A stretch of DNA of 32,000 bases, taken from NCBI RefSeq assembly GCF_900187275.1, contig NZ_LT906458.1, positions 630,001-662,000 of the forward strand. Direction: 5' to 3'. The notes below the pieces were generated by a model. That model was not told the origin of the DNA and did no database searches. It was given only the letters and a program-made list of their open reading frames with translations. Origin of the DNA: Pasteurella multocida. GTDB taxonomy: Bacteria > Pseudomonadota > Gammaproteobacteria > Enterobacterales > Pasteurellaceae. Shown here piece by piece: positions 25,205 through 32,000 of this stretch. Every line of letters begins with the position of its first letter. Within the stretch, counting starts at the first letter, position 1. The position numbers were made by a program, and so were the translations under genes.

Positions 25205-25370
25205 GTAACTTAGTTTCAGTATATGTAACAAAGTAAACTTTTATTTATCGCGCTGAACTATGTCAATTTATCGCGCGCGGCATTAGCGCGTCTTATATAA
25301 AACGCCCTTTATACACATCAATATCTCATATTGTTATCCCAACACTTTTTATTTTCCTTATTCGCAAATT

Positions 25371-25400
25371 AAAAAAACGCCACGGCTAACTCCGTGGCGC
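25371..25400 (-). terminator. Intrinsic terminator for msrA (minus strand)
   Basis: Minus strand CGCCACGG-AGTTAG-CCGTGGCG followed by TTTTTTT (complement of 25371-25377 A-run). Confidence 0.85.
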
Positions 25401-25453
25401 TATCTCTTTATACGCGTCAAATTGAATGACAATAACCAGATTCAGAGGAACAG

Positions 25454-25978
25454 TTATTTCCAAATTTCCTCAAATTTCACCTTGGCTTTTAAGAATTTTG
25501 GCGTTGCGACTAAATTACAGTAGCTGTTTTGTGGGTTCTGCAATAAATAGCCTTGGTGATAATCTTCTGCGGGATAAAAAGTTTGTGCTGGCAGCACTTC
25601 AGTGACAATTTTTTCGGCAAAGTGCGGTTGTAATTCTGCAATTTTCTTATTTGCCAGCTGTTTTTGTTCATCATTTAAATAATAAATCCCTGTGCGATAT
25701 TGCGTCCCCACATCTTCGCCCTGGTGATTTAATTGGGTTGGATTATGGATAGAAAAGAAGATGTCTAATAATTTTTCATAACTAATCACTGTCGCATCGA
25801 ATTCCACTTTTACCGCTTCCGCATGACCCGTTTCACCGGTACATACTTCTTTGTAAGTTGGATTTTCAGTCGTCCCGTTAATATAACCTGAAGTCGCTTT
25901 TTCAACGCCTTTAATTTGATTAAATACTGCCTCAACGCACCAAAAACAGCCGCCGGCAAAAATTGCTTGTTGTGTCAT
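25454..25978 (-). CDS. msrA: Peptide-methionine (S)-S-oxide reductase MsrA
   Basis: AIFAGGCFWCVEAVFNQIKGVEKATSGYINGTTENPTYKEVCTGETGHAEAVKVEFD: GCFWC active site. Confidence 0.97.
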   Translation of the reverse strand: MTQQAIFAGGCFWCVEAVFNQIKGVEKATSGYINGTTENPTYKEVCTGETGHAEAVKVEFDATVISYEKLLDIFFSIHNPTQLNHQGEDVGTQYRTGIYYLNDEQKQLANKKIAELQPHFAEKIVTEVLPAQTFYPAEDYHQGYLLQNPQNSYCNLVATPKFLKAKVKFEEIWK

Positions 25979-26012
25979 AGGATTTCCTTTTTTATCGTTT
26001 ATTCGCTTGAGT

Positions 26013-26957
26013 TTAATGAATTTCTTTCACATTTATCAGTTCTACTTGGTGAAAATCTTGTTGTTCATCGTCGTCATCAATCGGACTTGTGGCAATAAAT
26101 TCGGGTTTATCGAACGCAATATCACCTTCAATGTTTTCTAATATTTGTCCACGTTGCAGATCTTTAAAGTTAAATAAATGCGTATCACACAGATGTGATG
26201 GCACAATATTTTGTATTGCACTAAACATAGTTTCGATACGTCCGGGATATTGGCGATCCCATTTTTGCAACATTTCTTTGACCACTTGGCGCTGCAAATT
26301 GGGTTGAGAACCACACAAATTGCACGGAATAATCGGGAAATGTTTTGCCTGAGCATATTTTTCAATGTCTTTTTCTTTGCAATAGGCGAGTGGACGAATC
26401 ACGATCTGTTTACCGTCATCACTGATTAATTTTGGCGGCATACTTTTTAGTTTACCGCCATAAAACATATTTAAGAATAAGGTTTCTAACATATCATCAC
26501 GGTGATGACCAAGTGCAATTTTGGTTGCCCCTAATTCCGTCGCGGTCCGGTATAAAATACCACGTCTTAAACGTGAACAAAGTGAGCAGGTCGTTTTACC
26601 TTCAGGAATTTTTTCTTTGACGATGCCATAGGTATTTTCTTCCACGATTTTGTAATCCACTCCGATACTTTGCAAGTATTCAGGCAGAATATGTTCAGGG
26701 AAACCCGGTTGTTTTTGATCTAAATTCACCGCCACAATCTCAAAATGGATTGGCGCGTTAAGACGTAAATTTAACAGAATATCTAATAGGGTATAGCTGT
26801 CTTTTCCACCAGAAAGACAAACCATGACTTTATCGCCTTCTTCGATCATATTAAAATCGGCAATCGCATTGCCGACATTACGGCGTAAGCGTTTTTGTAA
26901 CTTATTGAAATTATAAGAGTGTTTTTTATCTTGTTGAGTTGTATCAGTCATCGTCAA
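26013..26957 (-). CDS. ttcA: tRNA 2-thiocytidine(32) synthetase TtcA
   Basis: [15 protein letters not shown]-loop, [28 protein letters not shown] cysteine motifs. Confidence 0.97.
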   Translation of the reverse strand: MTMTDTTQQDKKHSYNFNKLQKRLRRNVGNAIADFNMIEEGDKVMVCLSGGKDSYTLLDILLNLRLNAPIHFEIVAVNLDQKQPGFPEHILPEYLQSIGVDYKIVEENTYGIVKEKIPEGKTTCSLCSRLRRGILYRTATELGATKIALGHHRDDMLETLFLNMFYGGKLKSMPPKLISDDGKQIVIRPLAYCKEKDIEKYAQAKHFPIIPCNLCGSQPNLQRQVVKEMLQKWDRQYPGRIETMFSAIQNIVPSHLCDTHLFNFKDLQRGQILENIEGDIAFDKPEFIATSPIDDDDEQQDFHQVELINVKEIH

Positions 26958-27134
26958 TTTCGGTTTTGCTTAAAATCTGCGTATAGTAAGGGGTAATTGC
27001 AATTTTTTCCATTAGAAATTGTGCTTTTCATGAAGTGCGGTCAGTTTTTGTGAAATTGTTAGCTGAAAGATCCGATAAAGTTGGGTATAATCATGCCAAT
27101 TTTTTGCTGATTTTATTTGTTGTGAGACATTTTA

Positions 27135-28460
27135 ATGCTGGAAACGTCACAAACCATTCCTGAACTTGTTGCTTGGACGCGAGAGCGAGAGTTCGCCTTA
27201 AATTTATCTACTGAACGTTTAGCCTTTTTATTGGCGATTGCGATTTATAATAATGAACGTTTAGACGGCGAAATGCTCGAAGCGGATTTAGTCGATATTT
27301 TTCGTCATATTTCTACCGCCTTTGAACAATCCAATGACACCATTGCCACACGCGCCAATAACGCGATCAATGAATTAGTAAAACAACGTTTCTTAAACCG
27401 TTTTAGTAGTGAATTTACTGAAGGGCTTTCCATTTACCGTCTAACGCCACTTGGCGTTGGCATTTCGGATTATTACATTCGCCAACGGGAATTTTCTGCG
27501 TTACGTTTGTCTGTCCAGTTATCCATTGTGGCAGATGAAATTCAACGCGCTTCAAAGGCGGCAGAAGAGGGCGGTGATGAACATCATTGGCGCCGTAACG
27601 TGTTTGCCCCCTTAAAATATTCCGTGGCTGAGATTTTTGACAGCATTGATTTATCTCAACGCGTGATGGATGAAAACCAGCAAAGCATTAAAGAAGAAAT
27701 TGCGGAACTCTTAACCAAAGATTGGCAGGCTGCGATCGCCAGTTGTGAACATTTATTAGATGAAACCTCTGGCAATTTACGTGAATTACAAGACACCTTG
27801 AATGCGGCAGGCGATAAATTACAAGCACAATTATTACGTATTCAAGATTGTGTGATCGGTCAGGAAAATCTCGCTTTTGTTGAGCAATTAATCACAGATT
27901 TACAAGCCAAGTTAGACCGTATTATCAGTTGGGGACAACAAGCCATTGATTTATGGATTGGTTACGATCGCCATGTCCATAAATTTATCCGCACGGCGAT
28001 TGATATGGATAAAAATCGCGTGTTCTCTCAACGTTTACGCCATTCCATTCACCATTATTTTGATCACCCTTGGTTTTTATGGACTGCGCAAGCAGAACGC
28101 TTAGTCGATATGCGGGATGAAGAGCTAACCTTACGCGAGGAAGATGCCCTTGGTGAATTACCAGAAGCATTGCAATATGAATCATTAGCCGATTTACATG
28201 AACAAATTGTCGAACATATGCAAACCCTATTAATTGCTTACCGTGAACGTAACGAGCCAATTAATTTAAGTTTGGTGTTAAAAGAACAATTAGCCCATTA
28301 TCCATTAGCGAAACATTTCGATGTTGCACGTATTATTGTGGATCAAGCAGTGCGTTTAGGGTTGGCAAATGATGATTTAAGCGGGCTGTATCCAAATTGG
28401 GAAGCAATTAATGATCGGGGAGCAGAAGTGCAAGCGCATAAAATTGATGAGTATAAATAA
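27135..28460 (+). CDS. mukF: Chromosome partition protein MukF
   Basis: 441 aa, [44 protein letters not shown]...; upstream of mukE/mukB. Confidence 0.97.
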   Translation: MLETSQTIPELVAWTREREFALNLSTERLAFLLAIAIYNNERLDGEMLEADLVDIFRHISTAFEQSNDTIATRANNAINELVKQRFLNRFSSEFTEGLSIYRLTPLGVGISDYYIRQREFSALRLSVQLSIVADEIQRASKAAEEGGDEHHWRRNVFAPLKYSVAEIFDSIDLSQRVMDENQQSIKEEIAELLTKDWQAAIASCEHLLDETSGNLRELQDTLNAAGDKLQAQLLRIQDCVIGQENLAFVEQLITDLQAKLDRIISWGQQAIDLWIGYDRHVHKFIRTAIDMDKNRVFSQRLRHSIHHYFDHPWFLWTAQAERLVDMRDEELTLREEDALGELPEALQYESLADLHEQIVEHMQTLLIAYRERNEPINLSLVLKEQLAHYPLAKHFDVARIIVDQAVRLGLANDDLSGLYPNWEAINDRGAEVQAHKIDEYK

Positions 28461-28510
28461 TCCAGTAAGTGCGGTACGTTTTAGCCAAATTTTCAACGAG
28501 AGAACAAACA

Positions 28511-29242
28511 ATGACAGATAATCTTCAAGACCTTATTTCAACCAAGCTCGCGGCAGCGATTGCCAATCCGCTCTTTCCTGCTGTGGATAGTCAGTTACGC
28601 GCAGGGCGACATATTAGCCTTGATCAATTAGATAATCATGCTTTTTTAATGGATTTCCAAGGCGAATTAGACAGTTTTTATCGTCGTTATAATGTGGAAC
28701 TGATTCGTGCACCCGAAGGGTTTTTCTATTTACGCCCGAAAGCGACAACCTTGATCGCTCGTTCGGTGTTGACGGAATTAGAAATGTTGGTTGGTAAAGT
28801 GCTTTGTTATCTCTATTTAAGCCCAGAACGCTTGGCACAACAAGGGATTTTTTCTACTCAGGAAGTCTATGATGAGTTATTAAATCTTGCGGATGAAAAT
28901 AAATTATTGAAAGCAGTTAATCAACGTTCTTCGGGATCTGATTTAGATAAGCAAAAATTGGCAGAGAAAGTCCGTGCTGCCTTAAACCGGTTACGTCGTT
29001 TAGGTATGATCCATGGTGTCGGTGAACAAAATAGTGGTAAATTTACCATTGCTGAAGCCGTGTTCCGTTTTGGTGCGGAAGTGCGTGCTGGTGATGATCC
29101 GCGTGAAGCCCAATTACGTTTAATTCGTGATGGGGAAGCCGCTACACCAGACTCCTTAGCCTTAGAAAAGCAAGCCGATTTGAATGAAGTCGATGACAAT
29201 GATGAACTTGAAGATGAATTAGATGATGAGGAACACGCATAA
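28511..29242 (+). CDS. mukE: Chromosome partition protein MukE
   Basis: [82 protein letters not shown]. Track ORF starts at 28469; 28511 is the likely start. Confidence 0.95.
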   Translation: MTDNLQDLISTKLAAAIANPLFPAVDSQLRAGRHISLDQLDNHAFLMDFQGELDSFYRRYNVELIRAPEGFFYLRPKATTLIARSVLTELEMLVGKVLCYLYLSPERLAQQGIFSTQEVYDELLNLADENKLLKAVNQRSSGSDLDKQKLAEKVRAALNRLRRLGMIHGVGEQNSGKFTIAEAVFRFGAEVRAGDDPREAQLRLIRDGEAATPDSLALEKQADLNEVDDNDELEDELDDEEHA

Positions 29243-32000
29243 TGTCTGAAGAATTAGCCCTTGAAAACCTTGAACACGTTGAAACAAGTGTGCCTCATGC
29301 TGTATTTTCTCATGCAAATAGTGCGCCCCGTGGTAAATTTCGTTCTTTAACGTTAATTAACTGGAACGGTTTTTTTGCGCGTACTTTTGATTTAGATGAA
29401 TTAGTCACCACACTGTCTGGTGGAAACGGTGCTGGGAAATCCACCACTATGGCAGGCTTTGTTACCGCCTTAATTCCTGATTTGACCTTATTACATTTCC
29501 GTAATACCACAGAAGCGGGAGCAACCAGTGGTTCGCGTGATAAAGGCTTGCATGGTAAATTGCGTCCGGGCGTTTGTTATGCTGCATTGGATACCATTAA
29601 TTCGCGCAATCAACGTGTTATTGTAGGCGCAAGACTACAACAAGTAGCGGGACGTGATAAGAAAGTCGATATTAAAACCTTCTCTATTCAAGGGCTCAAC
29701 TTAGCCGAAAATCCGACAACGATTTTTACCGATGTGGTCAATGAACGCCAAGCACGTGTGCTTACACTAAATGAATTAAAAGAGAAAATTGAGCAAGCTG
29801 GCGCACAATTTAAACAATATCATTCGATTACTGATTATCATGCAATGATGTTTGATTTGGGTATTATCCCGAAACGCCTGCGTTCTTCCTCTGACAGAAG
29901 TAAATTCTATAAACTGATTGAAGCCTCACTTTACGGTGGGATTTCAAGTGCCATTACCCGTTCTTTACGTGATTATTTATTGCCAGAAAATCTTGGCGTG
30001 CGTAAAGCCTTCCAAGATATGGAAAGCGCCTTGCGTGAAAACCGCATGACGCTTGAAGCCATTAAAGTGACGCAAGCCGATCGTGATTTATTTAAGCATT
30101 TGATTACCGAAACGTCAAACTATGTGGCATCGGATTATATGCGCCATGCTAATGAACGTCGCGGTAACATTGAAAGTGCGGTGCGTTTCCGCCAAGATTG
30201 GTATCGTGCGCGCACAGAACAGCATTTGTCACAACAACGTTTAGTCGAATTAAGTCGCGAAGCGGCAGAATTGGCCGAGAATGAAAAAACGTTAGAAGTA
30301 GATCATCAAAGTGCAGTGGATTACTTGAACTTAGTGCTGAATGCGCTACGTCACCAAGAAAAAATCGCTCGTTATCAAGATGATGTGGCTGAAATTACGG
30401 CGCGTTTAGAAGAACAGAAAATGGTGGTTGAAACGGCAACAGAACAACTTGAGGAAAGCCAAGTACAGGTTGAGCAGGTTGAACAAGAAGTAGATCAGAT
30501 CCGTGCCCAATTAGCCGACTATCAACAAGCCTTAGATGCACAACAAACCCGTGCATTACAATATCAACAAGCGATTGCAGCGCTTGAAAAAGCCAAAACA
30601 CTGTGTGGTTTAGCTGATTTAGGCGTAAAAAATGTTGAAGCTTATCACGATGAGTTTGCAGCACATGCTGAAAGTCTTACTGAGCAAGTGCTTGAATTAG
30701 AACAAAAAATGTCAATTTCTGATGCAGCAAAATCACAATTTGATAAGGCTTATCAATTAGTTTGTAAAGTTGCAGGTGAGATTCCACGTTCTACAGCCTT
30801 TGAACAAGCGAAAGTGCTCTTACGTGAATACCCAACACAAAAAGTACAAGCACAACAAACGCCTCAATTGCGTGCAAAATTACATGAATTAGAACAGCGC
30901 TATGCACAACAACAAAGTGCGGTGCGTTTGTTAAAAGAATTTAATCAACGTGCAAATGTCAGCTTAGAAGATGCTGAGGCGTTGGAAGCCTACCATGCTG
31001 AACAAGAAGCTTTGCTCGAAGATGTCAGTGCAGAATTATCCGAACAAGTTGAACAACGTTCAACCTTGCGTCAAAAACGTGAGCAACTCACCGCACTTTA
31101 TCAGGATAATGCAAAAAAAGCGCCTGCTTGGTTAACCGCACAAGCCGCTTTAGAGCGTTTACAAGATCAAAGTGGGGAAACCTTTGCAGACAGTCAAGAT
31201 GTGATGCAATTTATGCAGGCACAATTGGTGAAAGAGCGTGAGTTAACCATTGAACGTGATCAGCTTGAACAACAACGTCAACAATTAGAAGCCCAAATTT
31301 CTCGTTTGAGCCAACCAGATGGGTCAGAAGATGCGCGCTTAAATGTGTTGGCTGAACGTTTTGGTGGGGTCTTGCTTTCCGAATTGTATGATGATGTACC
31401 GATTGAAGATGCCCCTTATTTCTCTGCCTTATATGGTCCGGCACGCCATGCCATTGTTGTACGTGATTTAGACGCGGTAAAAGGACAATTAGCTCAGCTT
31501 GAAGAATGCCCAGATGATTTATATTTAATCGAGGGTGACCCAACCGCTTTTGATGATAGCGTGCTTTCTGCCCAAGAATTAGCGCATGGTGTCGTTGTAC
31601 AGGTCTCTGATCGAGAATTACGTTACTCTAAATTCCCTGAGATTCCATTATTTGGTCGAGCTGCACGCGAGCAATATTTAGAGGCATTACAGCAACAACG
31701 TGATGACGTGACAGAGCAGCATGCACAACGTGCGTTTGATGTACAAAAATGTCAGCGTTTACACGAACATTTCAGTCAATTTGTCGGGCTACATTTAGCG
31801 CTCGCGTTCCAGCCAAATCCTGAAGAGGTGATGGCGGAAATTCAGCAACAACGCAATGAGATTGAGCGTGAATTAAATCAATTTGTGACGACGGAACAAC
31901 AATTGCGTATTCAATTAGACCATGCAAAAGAAAAAATGCAGTTGTTGAATAAGTTAATTCCGCAATTAAATCTGATTGCGGATGAAAGTTTGATTGATCG
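29242..32000 (+). CDS. mukB: Chromosome partition protein MukB, truncated by right window edge (missing from the ORF track)
   Basis: [107 protein letters not shown]...; Walker [11 protein letters not shown]; open to base 32000; TAATG junction with mukE. Confidence 0.96.
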   Translation, partial: MSEELALENLEHVETSVPHAVFSHANSAPRGKFRSLTLINWNGFFARTFDLDELVTTLSGGNGAGKSTTMAGFVTALIPDLTLLHFRNTTEAGATSGSRDKGLHGKLRPGVCYAALDTINSRNQRVIVGARLQQVAGRDKKVDIKTFSIQGLNLAENPTTIFTDVVNERQARVLTLNELKEKIEQAGAQFKQYHSITDYHAMMFDLGIIPKRLRSSSDRSKFYKLIEASLYGGISSAITRSLRDYLLPENLGVRKAFQDMESALRENRMTLEAIKVTQADRDLFKHLITETSNYVASDYMRHANERRGNIESAVRFRQDWYRARTEQHLSQQRLVELSREAAELAENEKTLEVDHQSAVDYLNLVLNALRHQEKIARYQDDVAEITARLEEQKMVVETATEQLEESQVQVEQVEQEVDQIRAQLADYQQALDAQQTRALQYQQAIAALEKAKTLCGLADLGVKNVEAYHDEFAAHAESLTEQVLELEQKMSISDAAKSQFDKAYQLVCKVAGEIPRSTAFEQAKVLLREYPTQKVQAQQTPQLRAKLHELEQRYAQQQSAVRLLKEFNQRANVSLEDAEALEAYHAEQEALLEDVSAELSEQVEQRSTLRQKREQLTALYQDNAKKAPAWLTAQAALERLQDQSGETFADSQDVMQFMQAQLVKERELTIERDQLEQQRQQLEAQISRLSQPDGSEDARLNVLAERFGGVLLSELYDDVPIEDAPYFSALYGPARHAIVVRDLDAVKGQLAQLEECPDDLYLIEGDPTAFDDSVLSAQELAHGVVVQVSDRELRYSKFPEIPLFGRAAREQYLEALQQQRDDVTEQHAQRAFDVQKCQRLHEHFSQFVGLHLALAFQPNPEEVMAEIQQQRNEIERELNQFVTTEQQLRIQLDHAKEKMQLLNKLIPQLNLIADESLID

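Larger units (their letters stand above)
1..25320 (+). mobile_element. Mu-like prophage late region (partial; left end outside window, right end approximate)
   Basis: Contiguous Mu-type head genes and siphovirus-type tail genes on one strand, ending before host msrA. Right boundary placed between the 25204 terminator and the 25371 msrA terminator. Confidence 0.85.

Noticed and set aside
25311-25345. Exact 5-bp target duplication at the right prophage end
   Set aside because: Needs the left junction, which is outside the window; several CA dinucleotides (25315, 25317, 25320) are equally possible termini.
26211-26620. Plus-strand ORFs antisense to ttcA
   Set aside because: Shadows of a conserved housekeeping gene.
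1-32000. CRISPR arrays, tRNA or rRNA genes, insertion sequences
   Set aside because: No regularly spaced repeats, no cloverleaf with conserved T-loop, and no transposase ORF recognised in the window.

Overview
The window covers most of a Mu-like (transposable) prophage late region, about 1-25.3 kb, in a Pasteurellaceae-type chromosome. It is followed by host genes msrA and ttcA (minus strand) and mukF-mukE-mukB (plus strand; mukB runs off the right edge). Readable prophage modules are: lysis (endolysin cut by the left edge, embedded Rz/Rz1 pair), Mu gp25/26/27-like genes, terminase, portal, MuF-type head protein with a C-terminal PBECR2-like nuclease domain, gpG, protease/scaffold, decoration and major capsid proteins, and head-tail joining. 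These are followed by a siphovirus-type (B3/D3112-like, not Mu contractile) tail module, a Gp49/Sf6-Gp66-like small gene and a D12-class adenine methyltransferase. The most interesting non-annotated signal is on the minus strand between the MuF-toxin gene and gpG. A near-consensus sigma70 promoter (TTGACG-17-TATAGT) is followed by about 78 nt encoding two hairpins whose loops are perfectly complementary over 6 nt (CUGCCA/UGGCAG). The second hairpin is followed by seven U's, so this looks like an antisense/trans-acting sRNA gene, located where an immunity gene would be expected. Other notable items are a minus-strand small membrane-protein ORF inside the tail operon bounded by a perfect 11-bp bidirectional terminator, a -1 frameshift candidate (TTTTTTT) in the tail chaperone genes, a tandem-palindrome late-promoter candidate upstream of the protease gene, and a leader with alternating complementary segments upstream of the methyltransferase. 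No searches or computations were run. Family names come from recognised sequence patterns and all should be confirmed by homology search.
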